Origin: a virus
Lineage: Duplodnaviria; Heunggongvirae; Uroviricota; Caudoviricetes
Length of the DNA stretch: 18,451 nucleotides
Reading direction: 5' to 3' (one strand)
Virus record (IMG/VR): IMGVR_UViG_2695420855_000005
Location: 1-18,451 of that record
In this document: positions 1 through 9,203 of the stretch, one piece after another
Layout: each line of letters opens with the position of its first letter
Position numbering within the stretch: position 1 is the stretch's first letter
The notes under the pieces: model-generated
Database searches by the model: none
What the model was told of the DNA's origin: nothing
Seen by the model: the letters and a program-made list of their open reading frames with translations, nothing else
Made by a program: the position numbers and the translations under genes

Positions 1-57
1 CCTTCCAACCGAGTTGACGAACTCCTGCCATGGAACGTAGTACTCACTAATAAATAA

Positions 58-441
58 GCGTCAATACGGTGCTCCGTTGACGCTTACAAATATGCGGTTG
101 CCGATCGTGAACCGATCACTATTCACACCGAAGATGCTGCTCGATTTGGTATTGCGAATGGCGATCTGGTGCGTGTCTGGAACAAACGTGGTCAGATTTT
201 GACAGGCGCGGTGGTGACTGACGGGATCAAAAAAGGCGTGGTATGCGTGCATGAAGGTGCATGGCCAGATCTGGAAAACGGCTTGTGTAAAAACGGCAGT
301 GCGAACGTGTTAACGGCGGATATCCCCAGCTCGCAGCTGGCAAATGCCTGTGCCGGTAACTCTGCGCTGGTGTATATCGAAAAATATACGGGTAACGCAC
401 CGAAGTTAACGGCATTTGATAAGCCTGCTGTTCAGGCGTAA
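58..441 (+). CDS. torZ: C-terminal fragment of a molybdopterin (DMSO-reductase family) oxidoreductase, TorZ/BisZ-like; upstream frame closed by stops in all three frames at nt 38-57
   Basis: Translation ...[56 protein letters not shown]... fits the conserved C-terminal molybdopterin-binding domain; convergent with cmoB across REP elements as in the K-12 torZ-cmoB arrangement (recalled, not searched). TAG 38-40, TAA 48-50, TAA 55-57. Confidence 0.6.
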   Translation, partial: ASIRCSVDAYKYAVADREPITIHTEDAARFGIANGDLVRVWNKRGQILTGAVVTDGIKKGVVCVHEGAWPDLENGLCKNGSANVLTADIPSSQLANACAGNSALVYIEKYTGNAPKLTAFDKPAVQA

Positions 442-450
442 GAAGTGAAT

Positions 451-470
451 AGCGCCCGGAAACGGGCGCT
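451..470 (+). terminator. GC-rich hairpin just after torZ stop (agcgcccg-gaaa-cgggcgct), no clear U-tract
   Basis: Perfect 8-bp inverted repeat with 4-nt loop, 10 nt after the TAA at 439-441. Confidence 0.35.
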
Positions 471-492
471 GAGGTTATGCAAACGTAAAACT

Positions 493-591
493 GCCTGATG
501 CGCTATGCTTATCAGGCCTACATAGTCCCTGCAATAGATTGAATTAGCAAGAGTTTGTAGGCCGGATAAGGCATTCAAGCCGCATCCGGCA
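493..591. repeat. Pair of REP (repetitive extragenic palindrome) elements, BIME-like, between convergent torZ and cmoB
   Basis: gcctgatgcgctatgcttatcaggcctaca (493-522) and tgtaggccggataaggcattcaagccgcatccggca (556-591) match the enterobacterial REP consensus family. Confidence 0.6.
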
Positions 592-605
592 GTAATGCCA
601 GACCT

Positions 606-2753
<2,148 letters not shown>

Positions 2754-2805
2754 ACAAACTCCCTTTAAAATGGCCGATGGCACCTGTCTATGATAGGTGG
2801 CAAAT

Positions 2806-3621
2806 TCAGAAAAGAGAAGATTGCTGTGGAATAGCCGGAACTGCTCCGATCTCTGGAAGCGTTTTACGTAAGTCTTCCCACAGGGTATGTACCAGTTCCG
2901 GGGCCTGGGCAATGTCTGGCGTATGTAAAAAAAGATAAGGCGTAGTGGTCTGATGCCACTGCGCTAATTTCTGTAACCAGACCTGAAATAATTCCCGGTT
3001 TTGCGTCATATCATCACTACCGATAAAACGGATCAGCGGATTTGTCGCCGTCAGTACAGCATGTACTGGAACTTTAGGTTTTTTTCGTTGAGCGTCGCGA
3101 ATAGCTTCACTGTGTGGACATGCTGCATGAACCGGGCGGCTGTCTAAAATCACCCGATTAACGCCGCGCTGATGTAAACCGCGATTAAGCGTTTGTTCCT
3201 CTTCCCCTTTGGCGAAAAACTGTGGATGGCGGACTTCCACACCATAATTAAATTCGCCAGGGAGAGAATCGAGAAAATGCCAAAGCGCAGGCAGCTCCCG
3301 TGGGCCGAATGTGGCAGGCAGTTGCAGCCAGTATTGCCCAATGCGCGGAGCCAACGGTGACATGCGGGTCAAAAATTCAGTCACTAAATCATCGCAATGT
3401 CGTAATGCTGCCTGATGCGAAATGGTCGCCGGAAACTTAAAACAGAAGCGGAAGTCATCTGTGGTCTGTTCACGCCAGCGCAGGACAACCTCGGGTTTCG
3501 GCAGGGCGTAAAGCGTGGTGTTGCCCTCCACGCAGTTAATGTGACGGCAACTACCATTAAAATAACTGATATTTAAAGATATTATTTCAGAGTCTGGCTC
3601 TATGGGGCATGTATGGGACAC
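2806..3621 (-). CDS. yecE: DUF72-family protein YecE; 5' ~80 nt appear prophage-derived (hybrid ORF with GTG start), so the N-terminus is probably non-native
   Basis: From ...NCVEGNTTLYALPKPEVVLRWREQTTDDFRFCFKFPATISHQAAL... onward it reads as YecE; first ~27 codons (MSHTCPIEPDSEIISLNISYFNGSCRH) overlap the integrase 3' end and lack the usual DUF72 N-terminal motif (from memory). Confidence 0.75.
   Translation of the reverse strand: MSHTCPIEPDSEIISLNISYFNGSCRHINCVEGNTTLYALPKPEVVLRWREQTTDDFRFCFKFPATISHQAALRHCDDLVTEFLTRMSPLAPRIGQYWLQLPATFGPRELPALWHFLDSLPGEFNYGVEVRHPQFFAKGEEEQTLNRGLHQRGVNRVILDSRPVHAACPHSEAIRDAQRKKPKVPVHAVLTATNPLIRFIGSDDMTQNRELFQVWLQKLAQWHQTTTPYLFLHTPDIAQAPELVHTLWEDLRKTLPEIGAVPAIPQQSSLF
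3535..3590. other. Approximate attL (prophage-host junction): AT-rich stretch at the overlap of the int 3' end and the yecE 5' end
   Basis: Inferred from where yecE-like coding sequence begins and from the int stop at 3587-3589; exact core not determinable without attR or an empty-site sequence. Confidence 0.4.
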
Positions 3622-4873
3622 TCTCTGTCAACTGCTTATTGAGTAGTTCTATTTGCCCGATATTGTTATCTTCCATCCATGCACCGTAAACGTTGAATAC
3701 CATTTGTGCATTTGCATGGCCCATTTGGTTTGCTATGAAGCTTGGATTCGCTCCTGCCGATAATGCCCAGCAGGCATAAGTATGCCTAGACTGATAGGCT
3801 TTTCTGTGCCGCAGTCCTGCTCGCCTTAATGCAGATGCCCAGGAATCTCTGATGGAATCTGCTTTATAGTGGTGGCCGACTTGCTGGCATTTTTTCACCA
3901 GTTGCGGATTAAAAACAAACGTGCATTCATGGCTTGTGCTGCGTCCGAACTCCCGCAGTTTGACATCAATTTGATATTGCTGGTCAAACCTTGTCATTTC
4001 AGCCTGGCTTTTCAGGGCATCAACAGCTGGTTGAACAAGATGAATAACACGATCAGTTCCCGCCTCTGTTTTTGGTAGAGTGAACTCCCCGAGTTTTGTA
4101 TAATTACGACGGATAGTCATTGTTTTAGCTTTTAAATCAATATCCTCCCAGGCGAGAGCTATTAGCTCACCGTGACGAATGCCTGTGTATACTGCTAAGG
4201 ACCACAGGTTTTTCGTTTGTTGATGGTGACAGGCATCAATAAAGCGAATAAATTCGTCACGCGTGAGCGGATCTGGCTCTGTTCTTGATCTCTTTAATGG
4301 TGTCAGCCCGTTAAATGGGTTTGACCCGATATAGCCGTTATCAGCAGCAAATTGAAACATTCCTGCAATTGTCGTCATGTAGTAATTAACCGTAACTACC
4401 GATCTCCCTTTAACCGGCGTTGTTTTTCCATTAGAGAGATTATGATACCCGGTTAACAAATCTTTCCTGATAAACAGTAAATCTTCCTTTGTTACAGACG
4501 AAGCAAGACGTTTTTCCCCTATGCGAGGAAGCATGTTTCTCACCACGGATTGATACCGACTGAATGCATTGCTTCCTATCTCTATTTTCTTAAGGTCCAG
4601 CCATTTTTCCGAAAGTGCCTTAACTGTTATCTCTCTTTTCCCCAGGCCAAAGTGTTTCAGGTTAGGGGAATTAGGGAACTGCGCGGCGTAGTCGAAACTC
4701 CCCATTCTGATTGCAAAACAAACGGAAGTGCGAAGTTCACCTGCGATCTTCCGGTTTTTGGCGGTGTCAGGAACACCGAGGTTTTCTCTGACACGTTTGC
4801 CATTATAGTGAAACCATATGCGGAGTGATCCGCCATGGTTTTCAACGCCTGTCGGGTATGATGCGTTACTCAT
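3587..4873 (-). CDS. int: Phage tyrosine integrase (site-specific recombinase)
   Basis: 428 aa; C-terminal catalytic region ...LRHRKAYQSRHTYACWALSAGANPSFIANQMGHANAQMVFNVYGAWM... consistent with the R-H-R-Y tyrosine-recombinase signature; strong RBS GGGAGG before the ATG. Confidence 0.92.
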   Translation of the reverse strand: MSNASYPTGVENHGGSLRIWFHYNGKRVRENLGVPDTAKNRKIAGELRTSVCFAIRMGSFDYAAQFPNSPNLKHFGLGKREITVKALSEKWLDLKKIEIGSNAFSRYQSVVRNMLPRIGEKRLASSVTKEDLLFIRKDLLTGYHNLSNGKTTPVKGRSVVTVNYYMTTIAGMFQFAADNGYIGSNPFNGLTPLKRSRTEPDPLTRDEFIRFIDACHHQQTKNLWSLAVYTGIRHGELIALAWEDIDLKAKTMTIRRNYTKLGEFTLPKTEAGTDRVIHLVQPAVDALKSQAEMTRFDQQYQIDVKLREFGRSTSHECTFVFNPQLVKKCQQVGHHYKADSIRDSWASALRRAGLRHRKAYQSRHTYACWALSAGANPSFIANQMGHANAQMVFNVYGAWMEDNNIGQIELLNKQLTESVPYMPHRARL

Positions 4874-4906
4874 TAAACCTCCCAGACGTCCAGGAGCATT
4901 AACAGG

Positions 4907-5161
4907 TTAACCGGAACTTGCATTTTTGGCACCTGGTTGTTTCTGGTTTTCGATCCATCGCATAATTTCTTCGATGTTGTACAGGCATTCACTGTAGTGC
5001 CCCGGATCACCTTCTACAGCGTAATGGCGGTATTCTTTTCCCTGCATCCATGACTTTCTTCTTGCCCGCTCAATGGTGCCAGGCTTTAGCCCTGTTGATG
5101 CAATGAGGACTCTCTCCGTACACCATTTGCTGGGGGTTATCTGATAGATGATTGTCTGCAT
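4907..5161 (-). CDS. xis: Excisionase-like small DNA-binding protein
   Basis: 84 aa basic protein directly upstream of int on the same strand; GAGG RBS; sequence resembles winged-helix excisionase-like proteins. Confidence 0.7.
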   Translation of the reverse strand: MQTIIYQITPSKWCTERVLIASTGLKPGTIERARRKSWMQGKEYRHYAVEGDPGHYSECLYNIEEIMRWIENQKQPGAKNASSG

Positions 5162-5164
5162 GCC

Positions 5165-5314
5165 AACCTCATAAAATTTTCATCCACGGCAGTGGCACCA
5201 CACGTCAAACATTCGTTTCACAACTTCACGGCAGTAGAAACCGTCAACATCTCGCGTCAGGTCATAGCGATTGCCGTAACGCTGGCGTACCAATAGCTCA
5301 AACGCTTTATTCAT
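5165..5314 (-). CDS. Hypothetical small protein (49 aa, MNKAFELLVRQRYGNRYDLTRDVDGFYCREVVKRMFDVWCHCRG)
   Basis: Not in the supplied track (<60 aa); ATG preceded by AAGGAAG RBS; fills the gap between the neighbouring ORFs on the same strand. Confidence 0.4.
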
Positions 5315-5317
5315 TCT

Positions 5318-5560
5318 TTACTTCCTTTTCATGGCACGTAATTTTTTCAGATGAGCTTCTTGTTCTGTTTCTGCCAGAATTTGTCGGTATTCCTGGTGAT
5401 CGATCCGTTCAAACGATTCATTAAAATCGTTCATTTTTACCGATTGTGTTTGCCCGTCCATTCTTCTGTACAACACGGTGTTGTTTATGCAGCGAACAAT
5501 TTTTACCGGGTAACCGGCACTGTCGGTATACAGTTGTCCCTGATTAATCAGAGCGAACAT
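5318..5560 (-). CDS. Hypothetical phage protein (about 80 aa from the internal ATG with CAGGAG RBS)
   Basis: ORF MFALINQGQLYTDSAGYPVKIVRCINNTVLYRRMDGQTQSVKMNDFNESFERIDHQEYRQILAETEQEAHLKKLRAMKRK; packed in the leftward operon. Confidence 0.5.
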   Translation of the reverse strand: MFALINQGQLYTDSAGYPVKIVRCINNTVLYRRMDGQTQSVKMNDFNESFERIDHQEYRQILAETEQEAHLKKLRAMKRK

Positions 5561-5591
5561 TTTTTCTCCTGCTCTCTGAATAGTGAGAACT

Positions 5592-5975
5592 TCAGAGCCG
5601 TATGTTTGTAGCGGGTTCAATGCTGATAATTTCTGCTGAGATAAGCATCCCGGCAAGCCAGAGCTCTCCGGACAGGTCTTCATCCTGGCATATCAGTTCG
5701 CCAATATTAATGGTGGCCATGATATCCGTTTCCCCTGTGCGCTCATCCAGGACTTCTTCATAAGGCAGCGTTGCGTGCAGACTTTCAATAGCGCAATTGA
5801 TAACATCTAGTCCGGTCAGATTGCCGCCGACAGTAACTTCGAATGTTTCGCGGTATTCCCATAGTCCGAAAGTTAATCGAACGGTTTGTTTTGCCATGCG
5901 TCCGCACGACGTCAGATTCGGGTCATAGTTCATTATTTGCGGTTGAGCATTCTGGTTGTTCATCTGATTTTCCAT
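5592..5975 (-). CDS. Hypothetical protein (about 127 aa; start uncertain, several in-frame ATGs without a strong RBS)
   Basis: Long ORF immediately downstream of the SPFH lipoprotein gene on the same strand; no recognisable motif. Confidence 0.5.
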   Translation of the reverse strand: MENQMNNQNAQPQIMNYDPNLTSCGRMAKQTVRLTFGLWEYRETFEVTVGGNLTGLDVINCAIESLHATLPYEEVLDERTGETDIMATINIGELICQDEDLSGELWLAGMLISAEIISIEPATNIRL

Positions 5976-6003
5976 TAACCCGGCGGTTTGCCGGGCGTGT
6001 AAG

Positions 6004-6831
6004 TTATTTAATCTGGATAAATGGTGTATTGGCACCACTGGTCATGTATTGCGGCAGTGTACCGTTCCACTTGTTGATGGCTTCCAGCTCCATGACGCTA
6101 GGGTTCTGGCGCAGAGCTTCGCCGCGTAAACGAATGGCATCGGCTTCTGCTTGGGCTTTTGTTCGAATGGCATCAGCCTGTCCGGCAGCTTCTGCACGCA
6201 GCATGTTGGCCTCCGCTTCACGTTGCTTGACTTCCTGTTCGCGCTGCAGGGTTTTCTGGTTTGCCGTGACTTTGGCGTTAATGCTGTCGATAACGGTTGG
6301 CGGGTATTCCGGTTTACCTACATAAGAGAGGCTCATTACCTGAATGCCGATGGGTGTCATCTCTTCCTGAATGTCTTTAAGTGCGGCATCCAGTAGTTCA
6401 GACTTGCCGCCGTCGATAAATTTGTCGGTGGTCATTTTGCTGGCCAGTCGATTGAGTGCGTCGGCGATCTTCTGGCGCAGGTCAGTGTCGGTAATGTCAT
6501 CCACGCCTTTGCGGTAGGTCTGAAACACCGTGGTAACTTTGGATGGATCAACTTTGTAGGCAACACCGATGTGATAGCCGATGGTTGTGCCGTCACTCAT
6601 CTGGAAGCTGAATGGCTCATCGTAGGTCTTCATTTGTTTGAAGGTTGGGAAGATGTAAACTTCAGTATTCCAGCCAGTCCAGTAGCGACCAACACCGACC
6701 ACCTCACCGACGCCTTTATCGTCGCCCAGTTTATTTACTTTGATGCCAACATTACCGGGTTCAACGCGATCGCAACCGACAAGGCCAATGGTCGGCAGAA
6801 CAATGGCTAAAGCAAAAATAATTTTTTTCAT
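6004..6831 (-). CDS. SPFH/band-7 (prohibitin/HflC-like) domain lipoprotein; lipobox LVGC with Asp at +2 suggests inner-membrane retention
   Basis: MKKIIFALAIVLPTIGLVGCD signal/lipobox; SPFH core then Ala/Glu/Gln-rich coiled coil ...QREQEVKQREAEANMLRAEAAGQADAIRTKAQAEADAIRLRGEALRQNP... typical of the band-7 C-terminus. Confidence 0.85.
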   Translation of the reverse strand: MKKIIFALAIVLPTIGLVGCDRVEPGNVGIKVNKLGDDKGVGEVVGVGRYWTGWNTEVYIFPTFKQMKTYDEPFSFQMSDGTTIGYHIGVAYKVDPSKVTTVFQTYRKGVDDITDTDLRQKIADALNRLASKMTTDKFIDGGKSELLDAALKDIQEEMTPIGIQVMSLSYVGKPEYPPTVIDSINAKVTANQKTLQREQEVKQREAEANMLRAEAAGQADAIRTKAQAEADAIRLRGEALRQNPSVMELEAINKWNGTLPQYMTSGANTPFIQIK

Positions 6832-7016
6832 TTTTTATCCTTAGTGAAAGAAAGACCCTTGTAAATGGCATAAATGCAGGGCGGGGTCAGAAACGCCAGT
6901 GCAAAGCCAGAAATAACTGCTCTCGTATCCTTCATGGATATAAGGAACGGAACGAGTAATCCGTAAATGCATGCGATAATTGCCAGTAAAATTACTATTG
7001 TGAAATACAGTCTCAT
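6828..7016 (-). CDS. Small two-helix membrane protein (62 aa), translationally coupled (ATGA overlap) to the SPFH lipoprotein gene
   Basis: MRLYFTIVILLAIIACIYGLLVPFLISMKDTRAVISGFALAFLTPPCIYAIYKGLSFTKDKK, two hydrophobic segments; weak RBS. Confidence 0.55.
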   Translation of the reverse strand: MRLYFTIVILLAIIACIYGLLVPFLISMKDTRAVISGFALAFLTPPCIYAIYKGLSFTKDKK

Positions 7017-7161
7017 TGGTATGTGGTATCCCGATATTTTTAACTGACAGACAGCGCAATAAAGAGAATAATGATTTCTGTTAGTGTCAGTACTGTGGCA
7101 AGGATTAAAAGCAGTTTTACTCTGCTTAATTCACGGTTGCTTTTCATATAAACGGTTAGTA

Positions 7162-7190
7162 AAAAACGGAAGAGTTATATTCTTCTTAAT
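7162..7190 (-). terminator. Weak intrinsic-terminator candidate downstream of the 190-aa gene (minus strand GAAGA-atataac-TCTTC followed by cgTTTTTT)
   Basis: 5-bp stem, 7-nt loop and T6 run read on the minus strand just after the stop at 7201-7203. Confidence 0.3.
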
Positions 7191-7200
7191 ATTTAATGTG

Positions 7201-7773
7201 TCACTGGCCTTCTGGCATACCATGAGTATTCAGGTCGTTAATTATTTCATCCAGAAGGAGTTCAAGCCCTTCTCGACCTATATCTGAAAGAATGAAACCT
7301 TTATCAGGGGAAGTGGTGAGCATTTTCTGATAAAGAAACAGCGCTCTTCCCATTCCCTCAGCTTCGCCATATGTTTGAATTAAATTCCATTCAATATACT
7401 GCTGTAAGGTAAACCGAATGGGACCTGGGTATATAGTCATAACTCCATGCTTCCCGTTATATATTACGGCGCGATCTGTTGTTCCGTGTTCATTCGGGAC
7501 ATCAATTGTGCCGTTCTTGTCTTCTTCTTCGTTGATGAATGTTGTCACGTACAGCCATCGCCACTGGACTATTTTCATCTCAACAGGGAGTTTTCCCAGT
7601 AATCCTGCATTGTCGGCTTGCGCGAGGCATTGAAGGATTTGCAAACCTTTCACATTAGGATGATCGAATTCACCGGCATCCAGACGGCGGATTGCGTCGT
7701 GATAATCAATAGTCATACTGCCAGTTCGTATACCTGTGGCTGTTGCTTCAGCCTGGAATTCAGCGTATTGCAT
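7201..7773 (-). CDS. Hypothetical protein, 190 aa, no recognisable family
   Basis: ATG preceded by GAGGAG; the upstream gene's stop overlaps this RBS (coupled); moderately acidic, no TM segments. Confidence 0.7.
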   Translation of the reverse strand: MQYAEFQAEATATGIRTGSMTIDYHDAIRRLDAGEFDHPNVKGLQILQCLAQADNAGLLGKLPVEMKIVQWRWLYVTTFINEEEDKNGTIDVPNEHGTTDRAVIYNGKHGVMTIYPGPIRFTLQQYIEWNLIQTYGEAEGMGRALFLYQKMLTTSPDKGFILSDIGREGLELLLDEIINDLNTHGMPEGQ

Positions 7774-7778
7774 GATAT

Positions 7779-7961
7779 TTACTCCTCATCTTCATCTGCT
7801 GGTGCAATAACGTCATATCCTGCCTTTTCTGCAATAAACAGGAATGTTGAAAGACTTCCTACAAGTTCATCGTCATGAACATGACGAATTAATATTACTT
7901 TCCCGTTTTTGATGGTCAGCAATACTCTGGTTTGCTCGTGTTCTGCTGTTTTCTGATGCAT
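7779..7961 (-). CDS. Hypothetical small protein, 60 aa, acidic C-terminus (…APADEDEE)
   Basis: GGGAGA RBS 5 nt before the ATG; first gene of a two-gene cassette with the 190-aa ORF. Confidence 0.55.
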   Translation of the reverse strand: MHQKTAEHEQTRVLLTIKNGKVILIRHVHDDELVGSLSTFLFIAEKAGYDVIAPADEDEE

Positions 7962-8086
7962 TATTATCTCCCATATGCTTTACGCAGAAACAAGCAGGCA
8001 ATATGCATGTAATTTTTCCCGTGCTGTGCAATAAGGCAGGCTGTTTTGTGTGATGCCTTATGTTTTATAAAGGTCATATAAAACCT

Positions 8087-8116
8087 CCTGTGGATTAAGG
8101 GTGTGATAATCCCAGG
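8087..8116. promoter_or_regulatory. Inverted repeat (cctgTGGATTA-n9-TAATCCcagg) in the 200-bp gap upstream of the 60-aa/190-aa cassette; candidate operator
   Basis: Perfect 7-bp arms tggatta/taatcca separated by 9 nt, with partially complementary flanks. Confidence 0.35.
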
Positions 8117-8158
8117 CGATTAAGCCGTAATATATTATCCGGAGATGACTTGTTCTAT

Positions 8159-8359
8159 TTAACTGGTTAGTTCTTTTTCAGCAGCTGCTTCAGCATAGCA
8201 ACGTGCGAATTCAAGAACTTCATCACCTGTTCTTTTTATTGCGTCGTTGTCTGACATTTGTAATACAACAACTGCGCATAATAAATTATGGATATTGTTT
8301 GCAAAGGAATCCGGTGCCAGGCATAAGCCTTCATACTTATCATGGATATTGCCAGTCAT
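8159..8359 (-). CDS. Small protein (66 aa from the ATG with AAGGAG RBS) paralogous to the N-terminal domain of the upstream tandem-HTH protein
   Basis: ...LAPDSFANNIHNLLCAVVVLQMSDNDAIKRTGDEVLEFARCYAEAAAE... aligns with ...LDLDSFALTIANLLSAVRTFNLLDDTRLKEVGFDVLEFTHEYALAIA... of the neighbouring gene; ATGA start/stop overlap. Confidence 0.6.
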   Translation of the reverse strand: MTGNIHDKYEGLCLAPDSFANNIHNLLCAVVVLQMSDNDAIKRTGDEVLEFARCYAEAAAEKELTS

Positions 8360-9057
8360 TGTTGCTGCTCCTTTGCTTCTGATTTTCCCGTTAACAACCA
8401 CATCAGGTCACAATTAAGTGCACTGGCCAGTGGTACTATCTGAGCAGCTGGAACTTCATGGATGCCGCATTCCCAGTCGTTTATGGGGTCACTATAGGTA
8501 TGAATCATGCGGGCAAGATCAGATTCGGTTAATCCCAGTTTTGTACGGGCGCTTTTGATGCGTGCGCCAATACTTTCCACATGGACTTCAGGCGCATTTA
8601 CGCGAATAACTGACTCGCTGTTTTTTTCACTCAGCAGAGAAAGCGGATCGCATCCCAGGACGTTTGCCAGGGGGATAAGCATGCTGATGGTTGGTTCGTA
8701 CTCTCCACTCTCCCATTGCAGGATAATCTCTTCGTCAAGATCGAGTAGTCTGGCCAGTTCGGTAGTCGTCAAGCCGCAGGCTTCACGTTTGGTGCGTATG
8801 CAGGCTATCTTGTTGCCTGAGCGAATAGAATGTTGTTGTTTTGTCGATGCGATCGCTAAAGCATATTCATGAGTAAATTCCAGCACATCAAACCCAACCT
8901 CTTTTAATCGCGTATCATCCAGGAGGTTGAAGGTGCGAACAGCACTGAGCAGGTTTGCGATGGTTAATGCAAAAGAATCGAGGTCTAATTCATCACATAA
9001 AACCTTGTTGTAAGTATTGAGGCTACATGTTTTTGGTGTTGTTTGTAAGGCTTCCAT
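8356..9057 (-). CDS. DNA-binding protein with an N-terminal domain of unknown function followed by two tandem XRE-type helix-turn-helix domains; first gene of the leftward early operon (alternative TTG start at 9093)
   Basis: Two HTH_XRE-like segments (...LTTTELARLLDLDEEIILQWESGEYEPTISMLIPLANVLGCDPLSLL... and ...LTESDLARMIHTYSDPINDWECGIHEVPAAQIVPLASALNCDLMWLL...); ATG at 9057 has a GGTGAT RBS. Confidence 0.75.
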   Translation of the reverse strand: MEALQTTPKTCSLNTYNKVLCDELDLDSFALTIANLLSAVRTFNLLDDTRLKEVGFDVLEFTHEYALAIASTKQQHSIRSGNKIACIRTKREACGLTTTELARLLDLDEEIILQWESGEYEPTISMLIPLANVLGCDPLSLLSEKNSESVIRVNAPEVHVESIGARIKSARTKLGLTESDLARMIHTYSDPINDWECGIHEVPAAQIVPLASALNCDLMWLLTGKSEAKEQQQ

Positions 9058-9111
9058 ATCATCACCATGCAATTCTAAGTTGAAGTTAATCAATATATAA
9101 TTGATGGTGAG

Positions 9112-9140
9112 ATATTATGTATCAGGGAAACTAGTGTCAA
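9112..9140 (-). promoter_or_regulatory. Leftward sigma70 promoter (PL-like): -35 TTGACA, 17-nt spacer, -10 TAATAT on the minus strand
   Basis: Minus strand reads TTGACActagtttccctgatacaTAATAT; sits between cI and the first leftward gene, flanked by TTGAT repeats. Confidence 0.55.
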
Positions 9141-9203
9141 TCAAAAATTGATAAACTTGATTTTTTGTAGTGAGTGACAAATAATTTAATTTAAAATCAA
9201 CAA

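Noticed and set aside
3869-5611. Plus-strand ORFs within int, xis and neighbouring genes (3869-4078, 4550-4828, 5152-5424, 5351-5611)
   Set aside because: Antisense to convincing integrase and excisionase reading frames; no translation signals; shadow ORFs.
6828-7200. IS element or transposase remnant in the AT-rich stretch between the accessory modules
   Set aside because: No terminal inverted repeats, target-site duplication or transposase-like ORF; only small membrane ORFs and a hairpin.
8356-9093. The tandem-HTH protein as the prophage maintenance repressor
   Set aside because: The adjacent gene 9204-9893 has the canonical HTH + S24 autopeptidase architecture and is divergent from cro, so it is the better CI candidate; the tandem-HTH protein is treated as an early-left regulator of unknown role.
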